Assembly (NCBI GenBank): GCA_051294375.1
Contig: CM119263.1
Coordinates: 1,636,200-1,690,208 of the forward strand
DNA: 54,009 nucleotides
Reading direction: 5' to 3'
Source of the DNA: Paraspadella gotoi
Lineage: Eukaryota > Animalia > Chaetognatha
The notes below the pieces were generated by a model. The model was not told the origin of the DNA. It saw nothing but the letters and a program-made list of their open reading frames with translations, and did not search any database. Every line of letters starts with the position of its first letter. The first letter of the stretch is position 1. Below, piece after piece: positions 23,401 to 37,552 of the stretch. The position numbers and the translations under genes are program-made.

Positions 23401-25263
23401 GACACTTGGCAAGAAGGACAACTACTCACAGTCGAGTATAACGAACATTATTTTCAGCGACGAGGTAATGTGAACTCCCGAAAAAAGGTAATGACGCCAT
23501 CAGTGCGGAGCGACCGAAGCTAAACCCTAATACAGGAACGATGTGGCAAAGACCGGGTCATGAAAGGCGAGAACAAATAGCCGGAGTGCAAACACTGTAC
23601 CTCTAGATCTCCGTGCGCACTCGTATCTCTGTTCATCAATTTTTCTCATAAAGTTACTCTTTGACCGACAAACTCTCATCCTACACTATACTCTGCCTAA
23701 TTCTACTCGCTTACGGGTTACGCATAACGACTATTTTGCTTTACCTTCGACGCCATGCGCACAGGGGTCAGCGCTCTCCCTACCGTGCACGGAACCCATA
23801 TTACTGGGGTACACACATGTTATAACCAGGGGCAAGTTCCTTCGTCATGAAATATTGTACCAGGGGAGATGAATGTACGCCAATACTGCGTACATACATA
23901 TAATTACTCGACATCTCGAATACGCGCGGAAAAAACAGGAAGGGCGAACGGACGGACGACGACAGACCAGCCGACGACGACCGGAACGAACGACTGATCG
24001 CGAAATCAAGGAATTAGAACAGAGGGGACAAAACATAATAGAAACTACGAAAAGAAATTTAAGAAGAAAAGAGGGGAAAAAATAAACGGAAGGAATCCGA
24101 GGGTATCATTCGGAGGAGATAACCAGGTGATCTAAGGATCGATAGAGAGGCGTACGTGTCCGAGGATGGAGGGAATTCCTTGCATCGGTAGCTATTCCTT
24201 CTCTCTGACTCTCTCTCTCTCTCTCTCTCTCGTAGCATCCTTCTCTACTCTCTCGTACGGTAGCTTCTCTCTCTCTCTCCTCTCTCTCTCTCTTCTCTCT
24301 CTATAACTCCTCTATCAACCTTCTTTTTCGCCTCGGCATTCATATCTGATCATCTTTTTTTTTCCCTTTCTCCGGCATTCGCATTGTCCAGCGACGGCTA
24401 TAAAAATGAAATCTTAGCCAAGGAAATCATGGATATTTCGAAGAATACTTGAAAGAGTGAGACAGTGCCTCGTGAAAAGAAGACGCAATGGAAAGGAGAG
24501 CGCGATCTGAAGAAGAATTCTCACGAACGAGTCGACCGAAAAAGGCCTTATAGAGCGCACATGGATCATCGACCTTGCCACTTAAACCTGCTCCTACCAC
24601 CTGCTTCTTAGGACCCTAGGGGCCACTGCATTCCGTGTTTAATGCAACTAATTAACCTTTCAATCTGAGCCTCAATACAGTATTACTCAGAGAAGACATC
24701 GAGACTCGCCGTATTTACATAATTTCACCATCTCTCCTTTCTTTAACTCACACGTTTCCACAACCAAAAGATCCTACTGGGCGAACTCGCCATCAGAGTG
24801 GACGATCGATTCACGCCATAATATTTTCTTTTTAATCCGTCTTCCTGCCTCTTTACTGCGAAGCAGTGTATCCTCTTCTACTGTCAAGCTAGTCTCCACC
24901 TTACGTTTTATGTGACAGACGCGGTCGAAGGCCGGCCACACCCAATTTATTTCTTGCCAGCGAATTTTGACCGAAAAAGAATGGTACATCGGCTGCTAGT
25001 TTGAGAAAAAAAAGAACCGAAGAGAGAGAAAACAAATAAATTGATAAGGGGTAATTTCTAGGGGAGTGAGAAAGGAAAACCGAGTAGGCCAGATGTATTA
25101 AGAGGAGTATATATTCCGATTAGATTTATAGGCTGAGACGAGAGAATGGAAAGGAAAGACAGAGAGAGAAGGAAGAAGAGAGAATAGAGAAGAGAATAAA
25201 TGAAAGAAATTTTGAAGTCGTTCAAAAATTAGGTCAAGGAGTATATAATTAATGGAAGTTTTC

Positions 25264-25295
<32 letters not shown>

Positions 25296-26349
25296 AGATG
25301 AACGCAGAGAGAAAAGGAATGAGAAAAAAACAGAATGACATCAAAAGGGTGAAAGGAAATTTCTAATATGAAATTATTAAAAAATCGGTTAAAAGAAAAT
25401 GTATAAAGGGAAAAAACTAAAAAAAATTCCAAAGCGAAGAGCCAACGGTGATATTATAAATATTGAATGAACGAAAGGAGCAAAGAACAGAGAAAAAATT
25501 ACGAATATATTTAAATTCTTCTTAGGGAATTTAAATTATGTTTTATTTAAATATATAATTTTTCTTAATTTACATTTTCATAATTTCTATATTTATTTTT
25601 TAGTTTAAAAAACCGAGACGGAGATTTCACCATATAATTATATTTACGATAGAAAAATCATTAAAATATCGTTTTTTTATTTGAGTTTAATTATATTCTT
25701 CTCGTAATTTATTTTGCTTTTTCTATCTCTAATTACGTGTTTCCTTTCCGCTAATTTGAGATTGTTTCTCAAGTAAAATATTTTTTATTTTCATTAACCT
25801 TTTTTATATTACTAAAAAATGATATATCTTCAAATGTTTTAAACTTCAGAATCTTATTAGATTCAAAGATATTTATTTATTTTCTTTTAACCATACAGAT
25901 TTTGCACTTCAATCGATTAACAATATTCTATTCGCAAGTCATACTCCGACTTAATTGTTTTACCACTCACATTTTTTATTAAAAATTATTCAAAATAAAT
26001 AAATTATTTTCTATTCACTTTTTATATACCCTTACTATTGTTCTTTTTCACTTTATCCATTCATTTACTAAATTATATTTTATTATACAGATTCCAATCC
26101 AAGAAAATAATTAACTACATCCGCAAAGAAAATTAAATAACTAAAAGAACCCAAATAATAATCAAAAAAAAAAAAATAAAAAAAAAAAATAAAAAAAAAA
26201 AAAAAGAACTAAACTGAAAAAAAAAAAAAAAAATAAAAAAAATAAAACGTGAAATTACAGAACCAAAAAAAGAAAAAAAAGCAGAACAATAATAGAAATC
26301 CACTTTCACACAAAAACTTAACCCATTTATGCTTCAAAACACTCAAACC

Positions 26350-27060
26350 ACATAAAAACTAAACTATAAAAAATATCCAACATAAAGGAACTCAAAAACA
26401 CAACCCAACATAAATCTCTACTCAAACGATATTCTCAGAGAAATCTTCAAAAAAAAAAAAAGAAACCATAATCCCACTATCCAAATAACAGGGCGCAAAG
26501 TTATACAATATAAATAAAAATAATATCATAAGACCAATCGCAGATACCATATCGATAAAGAAAAAGAAACAGCAAAGATATACTGATTACAATAATCAGG
26601 GGTTCGAAAAAATTATGGAATTGAAGCAAGCCTCGTCATTCTCTAAACATGACAGTAAACTAAATACGTATGAGCGAAAAAAGTTTTTCTCAATAATACA
26701 CAGATTTACAAGTAAAAAACTCACTGAGAAGACAGCTCGACCCATCGAACCCTGTTACGAAAAATAAATTTTCAGAATTATTATTGAACCTTTAGAAACC
26801 TATAAGATAAAAAGAACAATAATTTTTTAGAGGATTTCGACTATCAACACATCGACTCCTTCAAACCCCCTCGCACCGCCTAAACACCCCATCAAAAACA
26901 GCCCAACCTAAAACAGCCACACCTACGCCCCCGTCAGCCCACTATCCCAAAAAAAAGACACTATCAAATTGGAAAAATTCCAATAACACGTTCGAAACCC
27001 AGAAGAACATTTAACCTTTTTTAAGTAGAACCGCATTCTTTACTTCAGACCTTCACCTGA
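26350..27060 (+). mobile_element. Possible non-LTR retrotransposon (APE endonuclease) remnant in noisy sequence
   Basis: 26819-26856 reads IIF(L)EDFDYQHID allowing one indel in the T run, resembling the IILGDFNxxxID motif. Upstream ISNIKEL-like and downstream TSD(L)-like words occur in the expected order on an A/C-rich strand. Frames are broken. Confidence 0.3.
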
Positions 27061-29820
27061 CCCAGAGACAGGACCGTTAGATATGACCAACAAGAAAGAC
27101 GACTTCGATAGACTTCACCAAAGAAGACACACTCGTCTGCGCACCATTTCTAGAACTTTTGTTCATTCCAAACCAACACACTTTCCAAGCTAACCGTAAC
27201 CCGTCCCCGCGGACGACGCCCGCCATTCATTCATGCGCACCGGCGACGCCGATTCACGACGCCGATGGCAACGCGGAGTTACGACGGCGCAATTTATCGC
27301 TAATACGCGCCGCGCCATAAAGCCAACGAGCAAGAAACCTTTACAGCCATAGCAACGCACCATCGACATAACTTAATCCACCCCTATTCGCCTACTACAT
27401 CCGAAAAATTTTTTTTTTTTTTCAGTAACCTTATTTATTGGGAATAAACGTCGCACCGATGAAGACAGGTAGCGAACGACACGGACCGCGACGAACGAGA
27501 AGACGAGACGAACGACCGAACGACGACAATGTACTTCCGCCACTTGATTGTTTCTCCATTTCGCATTCGAATCCGGGCGGCCGACAAATTTGTGAGCTCG
27601 CTCGCTCTCTCTTCTCTCTCCTCTTCTCTCTCTCTCTCTCTCTACTCTCTCTCTCATCTCTCTCTCTCTCTCTACTCTCTCTACTCCTCTCTTCTCTACT
27701 CCTCTGCTCTTCATGGTTTAGGATTTACAAAGAAAAACAGAATGCATAGCACGATAAAATAAATGGACGAAATCACGATACAACTCTATTTGTGAGAAAA
27801 AGACTCGGACTTTTATTGGGGGTAAGAATAAATACTAATAAAAAATAAACCAAAATCTGAAAATATGTATGCAGTATTGAAAAAAAGAAAAGAGTTTAAA
27901 ATTTTAAGGAGGAGAGAAAAGGGTTTTAAATGGTACCTATGATAGTATATAATGAGTATAGCAAATAAATCGAAATGAATGTAAACTTAAATTTATTCGA
28001 AGTGAACCGAAATTTGATATTGAAATTTAAAAATTGAAGGACTTAAGATCATATTAGTTTAGTTTCAAAGTAAATATGATCCTAGAATCCAAAAAAATCC
28101 AATTCGTCGGTCAGTCGATCGTCGTACGTTCGTTACAGTTCGTACACGATCAGTACGTCGTACGTAAACGATCGTCAGGATCGTCGTAACGTCGTCGTCG
28201 TCGTAACGTACCGAGATGATCATTTATATCAAAAAAGAAAGATAAAAATCTACACAGAGGTCTCTAACTATCTGATTTAATATTTCACACATGTCATATT
28301 CTCGGAAAATGAAAAGTGAAGGCAATAATAGAAACGGGCCAAAGCAGCCAAAGATAGGAAGAAGAGAAGAAAGGTACGAAGAATACTACACCAAATTTCC
28401 GACCAATTAAAATAACAAAGACCAAAAGCGCAAAATGGAAACAGAGATCTAGGAAACACTGAAAACTTATAATAAGACTAATCAAAACTAAAATGCAAAA
28501 ACGCAAGGGAAAATAACAGTTCGAGATACGTAACGTACTCGTTCGTCGTCAGATACGTCGATCGTCGAGTACGATCATCAGTACAAGTAAAAACAAGTTA
28601 TCGTCGTTCGTAACGCCGAAATACAGTACGTCGCCGTCAGTCGTCAGTCGTTATCAATCAAAGTCAGCGGTCAGTCGATATACGCCGCCAAGCGCACTTA
28701 AGGACAACACGAGAAAAATGGAAGGAGGGCTAACCGGAAAAAGATAGCTATGGAGAAGGTACAGAATGTGGTTATTTTCAGATCTCCAGAAGAAGTCACA
28801 GGAATTCTCTAATGTGTTCAATGCCTCCTCGTGCAGATTGTGGTCGGTTCTGCCGAGCCACTGAGTTTGATGTCGACCTGAGAGAGGTATACAAAAAAGA
28901 AACAGAGAACAAAAAAAAAAAAAACTTTTCAAACATCTCTACATAAATTATACGGAACAAAAATAAAATAAGAGGAAAAAGGTAGCAAAGCGTGATGAGA
29001 AAGGAAACAAAGAAACATGGCGGGACACAAAATACAGAGACAAATAAACAATGAAGACAGACATACAGAACATACTGAAAAGCAAAAGGAGACTACAACC
29101 ATGTTACAAGAAAGAAGGTAACTTTCCAAACAAAGGTGAGGCAAAGAGATAAGGTAGGTTCACTAAAACGATCTCCTTTTTTATTTAATTATTGCCTACA
29201 CCATTATGAGAAATATTATCATCGGGAAAACGAGAAGAACTAAGAGAAGGGTACATGTACTAGGAATCCTCTCTTCTACAATCTTCTCTCTCTACTACTC
29301 TCTCTCTCTCATCTCAAATCTCCTCTACATCACTCATAACTCACATCTCTCTAGCTGCTCTCTCACTCATTTCATCTACTCGTCATCTCTCTCATATTTA
29401 TTATTTCTCTACTCTCTACTAAAAAATTTTCCAAAAAAGAAAATTACCTAAACCTACAAAATAAGTTAAAGATTGGAAAATTTCATTAGTGAGAAACTAT
29501 GACGAACATTACATCTTCTATTGCCAAAGGCTTCAAATGATATTTTAATGAAATTCACATTTCTTTCATTTACTAACGATAAATGTCAAAGATTAAAATT
29601 TCCACAGTTTATAATTAAAACACTTTCCATTTCATATAATAAAATATCATATATACTATCGACCTATATTCTTGCTACCTAAATAATATAATTTTTTATA
29701 TAAACATATCTTAGAAAAATTCTAAAACTCATCTCCGTTACTACTCTACATAATCAATAACTCTCTATCCTCTCTCTCTCTCATCTCTCTCTCTCATCTC
29801 TCTTCTACTCTCTCTCTCTA

Positions 29821-29857
<37 letters not shown>

Positions 29858-31639
29858 CGCTTTTCCTTTCTCGTCGCTGAAAGTCCAGTTTATTGGAAAA
29901 AGGTAATAATGCGTTATAAAAATAGGCTTCTCCCGTCATTAGCAGAACCGTGTGTCGGACTCAGCGACCTCCGTATCCCGGATGTAAGAGGGAAAAAACT
30001 TAGCACCCGCCCGGAATCCAATACGATTGCCGTTCAATCGGGTTCGAAAACAAACAAATTAAGCACACCGGATAGCTAACCTGATAATGTACGCATAAAA
30101 AATAATTAGAAACTCCCTAGTAACCCGGGATGCAATTAGCAGTCGTAGGTTCGACGACAAAATTCAACGATGCGACTTATTTCTTTTTTTTATTTTCGGC
30201 TTCGCGTGCACACAAACGACTAGCCGCGTGCAATTATTCATAAATTATTTTTATCGGGGAAAAAATTTTTTTTATCGATGAAATTCTCTCTCAAAGTTAG
30301 GGAAGCAAAATTATTTGTGAAATATTCACTTGGGATGTTGAGGAAAAGAAGAGGTTAGGAAATTGGAAATCGGGAGGTGAGGGAAAGTGAGGGAGTGCGA
30401 TATTGAGAACAGTGCGAAGGAAGGGTTGTTAAGCTTGTCCCAAATGGAAAAGGCCTCTTCGAGGGTTAACGAAGAAATATTTCAGTTTCCCCCCCCACCA
30501 AAAAAAAAAATGAGTGAGATAAAGTTTAAAGGACAAAGTTCCTAGGGATACTCAAGTATTTCCTGGTCTTTAATTTACCGCGTCAAAGAACCAGGTGAAC
30601 CCGATCGTATCTCAACTACTTGTGCATGACTTTCTTTCTTCTGTTAATACATCATGCTTTTTGCAAAACTCACACCCCTTTAACCTCCGTCCTCCCCTCA
30701 ACCCTCCTCTCATAAAATATAATTATTATCGAGTGGCTAGAATATTTATAACATATCATACCTAAAAATTAATAAATACGTAAAAATGTGAAATAGTATT
30801 CTTATCGTGCCTATACATCACTCGCCTCTCTCTGTATGCTCTCCTCTATTGTCTCCCTTCTGTCGCTTCTCTCTCTCTCTCTCTCCCCATTTCTCTATCT
30901 CCCGCTCTATCCACTCTGTGTCTCCATCTCTGTCTTTACTTGGCGGCGAGCTTCGTATAAACGGGCTTTAACCTGCCGGATAATACACTTTTGGCCTTCT
31001 CATCGAATTTATTTTTGTTCGTGCCCTATTCTCTTTCTCACCTTTCTCACTTCTTCAGGTACTTGGAATAACGACTTTCTCATTGTAACTTAACAATGAA
31101 AATTTCTTGGTATAAAGGATACGGATTTAGTTAGGGAGATTTATCTCAGCTTTATAATCTGAGGCGAGCACACATTTCATATTTTTATCAAGTAGTAGTG
31201 ACGTATTTATTACGAATAAAGAATCAAACGTGCCGTTCTCAAATGAACGACGCTCTTTTTTTCGAAATCAAAATTCTTTCTCGATGCAGATCTATTCATA
31301 CTTTTCTTTTTCTTTTGTTTGACCTGCCAACAACACTCCCGTTTTTTTTCCGTTTCAATTTCAAAAACAAATTATTCACCATATATTTGCAGCAGATCGA
31401 ATCTGTGAGCCACTCGCCTGCGAACGGTGGTCGGGTGTTAGGCTGTCACGTGACTCACTCCGTCGGACGCGTTTTTTTTAACATTTCGCTTCAGCGAAGG
31501 ATTATTAATCGATTAAAGCTAATAAATCGATTAATGTATACATACGGCGACGGTCAGTGACGGTCGCGTCAGGTGCGCACTCTCGCCGTGTATAACGCCC
31601 TCTACTCCGCAAGGCCTGGCACACGTCACTTACGCGTTA

Positions 31640-33640
31640 ATTGAACGAGGAAATTGGTACGGTTGTTAGTTCTATGGGAAGTAACAAACAGTAGTAGGAA
31701 ATACTACGGAGGTACGTTAAAATATGAAAAAAACTAAAGATGGTTTGGGGCAAGAGGACAGATACCGCTCAGGAGAGGAGGAGGATGAGTATAACTCAAC
31801 TGAAGCAGACCCCGACCTTCACATGTAGGTACAGCGAGGTAGCAAAAAAATTGGCTAAAAAGCCACTAAAGAAGCGAAAAAAAAGTTTGGGTGGTCCGAA
31901 AATCCTGGACGAGAAAAATCAAATATAATCTGACGAAAACAAATATGATAACGAAGGAAAAAAAGCTCAAAGGAACATCTGAGTTAAAAAATAGGATAAA
32001 GGATATTTGAGATTCTCGTCGTAGATCACGTATTACATTTAATCTTAAACATACACTATTTAGCTGTGGAAATAAAGACTATATCGTATTCCTGCAAGCT
32101 AAGCAAACTATTCATATTTTAAAAATCAAGATAGCACAATTCTCCACATGGTCTGCCGTATCCCCGCCGATGATGAGATTAAGGTGTGACGCGACGACGA
32201 ACGTACGAAAATATTGAAAACTTGAGACCCAAAAAAAAAATAAAAGGAAATTAATGAAAACAAATCGGAACCATAACTCAACAATCCCGAGCCACAAGAA
32301 CACAAAGAATTAACAATAAACAAGAGCATAAAAACAATCTCTTTGAGAAAAGACGAGAGAGAGACCAGAGAGAGACAGAGAGAGGGTCCGAGAACGACCA
32401 GATAGAGCGGAGAGAATGACGAGAGAGGAAGAGAGATGCATGAGAAAGATCAATTGAATCTAGAGAGAGGGGGAGAGCCAGTTGTTGTTATATCCAATCA
32501 GCGACTCCCGGGTTTGGGAGCGAGGGGACTCGAACCTAAGATTTCTTAGAAAAACAAAAGACATCGGAAGTTGACTCGGTGAAGGAGAGAGGAAGAAGAG
32601 ATAAGGTACGGCATTAGTTGTATGGTAGAGAAACAGAGAGAGAGAGAGACGACTGAGAGACGAAGAGGAAGAAATATGAGAGAGAGAGAGAGAAGAAAGA
32701 GAACGAAGTACAGAGTAAGAAAGAGAGAGACTAAGGACGAGAGAAGAGAGAGAGGAGTGAGGAAAGAAGCACACGAGAGAGAGCAGAGAAAGAGAGAGAT
32801 AAGCAAGGTAATTCAAAAAAAGGTGTTGAGATTCTCACAGGATGTGAGCAAGGAAAAGAAAAAAAATATGAAAAAAGGTTGGTGAATTGAAAGGGATCAC
32901 AAAAAAAGGGAAGAGTGAAAATAAAAAAAGGGAAAAATGGTCAAGAGAAAAGAAGTGAATCCTAAAATATAAGGCGCGAACAACAAAAACTTAATTAAAA
33001 AGGTCAAAAATCTCTCTTTTCCATTTTTAGGAAAGATCATTCCTTTTTTTTGAAAAAATTAAGAACAAATATAAAATCAGTGAATGAGAAAAAAAATCTT
33101 GAAAAAGAAAAAAAAAAGAACAAAAAGAAAAATAAAGAAAAAAAAAGAAGAAAGAAAGATTAAGATTTAGTGAAACAAGTTTCAGAAGAACCATTTATCT
33201 TAATTTAGAAATAATATTATTTTACCTTTTATAGTTCTAAATGAATGCATAATAAAAATAAAACAAATACAAACATTACCAGATATGATTTTCGACTCTG
33301 TTGAACCACGCAGACCACCTTGAACTACTTAAAAAAACGTATTTCAAATACAGACGGAAAAAAAAAAAACCCAAATTTTTGTTGTCAACTCCTAAACCAC
33401 AGAAAAAAATAAAATAAAAAAAACGAAATGAAAGAAATAGAAAAAGAAAAAAGTATTTAAAAAGTCAGGCGACCAAAAAAAAAATCCGAGCGTAAAAAAA
33501 AAGAGCGTAGCATTAGCGTAGCATTAGGTAGCATTACTCAAGGATTCGAAGAATTGTGATTTGTATTCATGACTTTTACTAGGTCTCAACTTTTTATTGG
33601 CATTTAGAAAATACAGGAAGGATGGGCAGACGAAAGTGGG
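31640..33640 (-). repeat. Indel-rich inverted copy of 33764-35830 across the 25-N gap at 33739-33763
   Basis: For example ttgtattcatgactttta (33561) vs taaaagtcatgaatacaa (33821), and aaatcctggacgagaaaaa (31900) vs ttttttctcgtccaggattt (35671). Confidence 0.92.
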
Positions 33641-34580
33641 GCGGATGGGGAGGAGGTGGCGGGTTTAATGTCTGACTTATTTAGTACCTTATTCTTCCAA
33701 GAATTCCCCTATTAGCGAACAATTCGGAATTCGCTTATNNNNNNNNNNNNNNNNNNNNNNNNNTTTCGTCTCCCCATCCCTTCCCTGTTTTTCTCAAATG
33801 CCAATAAAAAAGTTGGACCGTAAAAGTCATGAATACAAATCAAAAATTCTTCCGAATCCTTTTGGTATGCTACGCTATGCTACGCTATGCTACGCTCTTT
33901 TTTTTACGCTCGGATTTTTTTTTGGTCGCCTGACCTTTTTAATACTTTTTTCTTTTTTCTATTTTCTTTTCATTTCGGTTTTTTTTATTTTATTTTTTTC
34001 TGTGGTTTAGGAGTTGACAACAAAAATTGGGTTTTTTTTCCGTGTGATTTGAATACGTTTTTTAATAGATCAAAGTGGTCTGCGTGGTTCAACAGAGTCG
34101 AAAATACATATACTGTACATGTATGTGTATTATGTATTATATTTTTATTATGCATTATTTAGAAATAATAAAAGTAAAAATAAAATTATTTCTAAATTAA
34201 AGATAAATGGTTCTTTGACAACTGTTTCACTAAATCTTAATCTTTCTTTCTTCTTTTTTTCTTTATTTTTCTTTTTGTTCTTTTTTTTTCTTTTTTCAAA
34301 GATATTTTTTCTCATTCACTGATTTTATATTGTTCTTAATTTTCAAAAAAAAAAAGGAATGATTTTCTAAAAATGGGAAAAAGAGAGATTTTTCCCTTTT
34401 TATTAAAGTTTTTGTTGTTCCGCCTTTTTTAGGATTCACTTCTTTCTCTTGACCCTTTTTCCTTTTTATTTTCACTCTCCTTTTTTTGTGATCCCTTTTT
34501 CAATTCACAACCTTTTTCATACTTTTTTTCTTTTTCTGCTCACATCCTGTGACGAATCTCAACCCTTTTTTTGAATTACC

Positions 34581-34611
<31 letters not shown>

Positions 34612-37262
34612 NNNNNNNNNNNNNNNNNNNNNNNNNNNNNNNNNNNNNNNNNNNNNNNNNNNNNNNNNNNNNNNNNNNNNNNNNNNNNNNNNNNNNNNNN
34701 NNNNNNNNNNNNNNNNNNNNNNNNNNNNNNNNNNNNNNNNNNNNNNNNNNNNNNNNNNNNNNNNNNNNNNNNNNNNNNNNNNNNNNNNNNNNNNNNNNNN
34801 NNNNNNNNNNNNNNNNNNNNNNNNNNNNNNNNNNNNNNNNNNNNNNNNNNNNNNNNNNNNNNNNNNNNNNNNNNNNNNNNNNNNNNNNNNNNNNNNNNNN
34901 NNNNNNNNNNNNNNNNNNNNNNNNNNNNNNNNNNNNNNNNNNNNNNNNNNNNNNNNNNNNNNNNNNNNNNNNNNNNNNNNNNNNNNNNNNNNNNNNNNNN
35001 NNNNNNNNNNNNNNNNNNNNNNNNNNNNNNNNNNNNNNNNNNNNNNNNNNNNNNNNNNNNNNNNNNNNNNNNNNNNNNNNNNNNNNNNNNNNNNNNNNNN
35101 NNNNNNNNNNNNNNNNNNNNNNNNNNNNNNNNNNNNNNNNNNNNNNNNNNNNNNNNNNNNNNNNNNNNNNNNNNNNNNNNNNNNNNNNNNNNNNNNNNNN
35201 NNNNNNNNNNNNNNNNNNNNNNNNNNNNNNNNNNNNNNNNNNNNNNNNNNNNNNNNNNNNNNNNNNNNNNNNNNNNNNNNNNNNNNNNNNNNNCTCTCTC
35301 GTCTTTTCTCAAAGATTGTTTATGTCTTTCATTGTTTATTGTTATTTTGTTTTATGCTGCTACGATTGTTGACGTTAAATGGTTCGAGTTTGTTTTCATA
35401 ATTTCTTTTATTTTTTGGGTTCTCAAGTTNNNNNNNNNNTCGTCGTCGTCGTCGTCGTCCAACTTAAATCTCATCATCGGCACGATGTGAGAATTATTTT
35501 TTTAAATAATGTTTGCTATATTTTCATCATATTTTCAGCTAAATATTTATGTTTAAAGATTTAATTAAACCTAGATCTCACGAGAATCTCAAATATCCTT
35601 TTATCCTTTTTTACTCAGATTTCCTTTGAGACTTTTTTTCCTTCTTTCATATTTTTTTTCTCAGAATTTTTTTTTTCTCGTCCAGGATTTTCACATTTTT
35701 TCTCTTTGGCTTTTAGCCACTTTTGCTCCTCCTCCTCCTCCTCCTCCTCCTCTTCCCAAACCAACTTATTTTCATAATTTTACGTCCTCTTCCTACTCCC
35801 ATAGACTCAACCCACAACTTTCCTCCATTCGCCTTCGACAAAAGGGGAAAATATTTTTTTTTTGAAAGTTTCACTTTTCAAGTTACGAGTTCGGAATTTA
35901 AAAAAAAAATTATTAAAAATAAAAATAGAGTTTTCGTGTAAAAAATTGTTATGCATATTTTTTTTCCTTCTCGGTTGCGTGAAACTAGAATTCTCGGTCG
36001 CGTGACTGTGAAAGGTATCACTAATTTGCTTAATTCAATTTTCTTTTATTTATTTAATTTTCTTTTTATATTTAATTTCNNNNNNNNNNNNNNNNNNNNN
36101 NNNNNNNNNNNNNNNNNNNNNNNNNNNNNNNNNNNNNNNNNNNNNNNNNNNNNNNNNNNNNNNNNNNNNNNNNNNNNNNNNNNNNNNNNNNNNNNNNNNN
36201 NNNNNNNNNNNNNNNNNNNNNNNNNNNNNNNNNNNNNNNNNNNNNNNNNNNNNNNNNNNNNNNNNNNNNNNNNNNNNNNNNNNNNNNNNNNNNNNNNNNN
36301 NNNNNNNNNNNNNNNNNNNNNNNCGTTGTCGTCGTTGTCGTCTTCGTTCGTCCTCGACGTCATCGTCGTTACGTGAGCTTCGTCGTCAAGTTGTCAATTT
36401 TATCAGCTTCTTCTTTTATTTTTTATAAATGCTTTTATTGCAGATTCTTGCCTCTTTCGACAATCTTGATCAATGATCAGCATCATCGTCGTCGTCGTCA
36501 TCGTCGTCGGCGTCGTAATCTTCGACGTCATCCTTTTCGTCGTCGTCATCCTCTTCGTCGTCGTCGTTATCGTCGTCGTCGTCCGCCTCGTCTTCTTCGT
36601 TTCCCGACCAAATTCCATGAATTATTCTTCTTCTTTTTCTTTTTTTCTTTCTTTTTTTCTTTTTCCTTTTTTTCTTTTTTACGACGCTGAGAGTCGCTTT
36701 AAAAGCTCCGTCCTCTTCTGCGCTCAACAGACAGGGACGACGATGACGACGAAACAGTGACGCAACGTCAATGACTACGACGACAACAACAACAACGACC
36801 TCATTTCTTTTCTTTTTCCTCAAATAATTTTCTCCTAATTTCGTTTAATCTTTTATTAAAAGATTCGAATTCTTTTTTAGTCTTCGAAGTTTTTCTCTTC
36901 TTTNNNNNNNNNNNNNNNNNNNNNNNNNNNNNNNNNNNNNNNNNNNNNNNNNNNNNNNNNNNNNNNNNNNNNNNNNNNNNNNNNNNNNNNNNNNNNNNNN
37001 NNNNNNNNNNNNNNNNNNNNNNNNNNNNNNNNNNNNNNNNNNNNNNNNNNNNNNNNNNNNNNNNNNNNNNNNNNNNNNNNNNNNNNNNNNNNNNNNNNNN
37101 NNNNNNNNNNNNNNNNNNNNNNNNNNNNNNNNNNNNNNNTTCCCAAGTCATTGTACTCGGCTCCCAAACCGAAAAGAGACCCCAACTCATACGCGTATCC
37201 TTTGAGGCGATTGTGCGCGTGAGGGCGTGAGGTCCCCGGGGAATTTCGACGTTTTGACGTCG

Positions 37263-37323
37263 TTGTCACGTGATGCGTCTCCGTCTTTGTCACGTGATGT
37301 TTCGGCATCTTTGTCATGTGATC
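37263..37323. repeat. 24-bp-period triplicate, each unit with TTGTCACGTGAT (E-box; third unit CATGTG)
   Basis: Units at 37263, 37287 and 37311. Confidence 0.8.
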
Positions 37324-37477
37324 TCTCGTCCTCGGGAATCTTTCTGTGACTCTGCAGGAACTGACAAGATGCAAGGCTTCTGTAATAAATAATTTCTTTT
37401 AAGGCTTAACTTCAAAAAAATTTATTTGCCTTATTTTAGTGTTAAACATTTTTATTAACCTTGTGCATCTTTTTACT

Positions 37478-37480
<3 letters not shown>

Positions 37481-37551
<71 letters not shown>

Positions 37552-37552
37552 T
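37481..37552. repeat. (CTTT)n microsatellite
   Basis: Directly visible. Confidence 0.98.

Noticed and set aside
28100-28660. Unusual CGTA/CGATCG-rich repeats
   Set aside because: Look like (GTC)n microsatellites with insertion errors inside the noisy insert.
19419-33738. SMRTbell adapter remnants at fold-back points
   Set aside because: I could not see the adapter sequence; the CT-rich matches are ordinary microsatellites.
31640-35830. Large cruciform or foldback transposon
   Set aside because: Symmetry centres on a 25-N gap and one arm is indel-rich, which fits misoriented gap filling.
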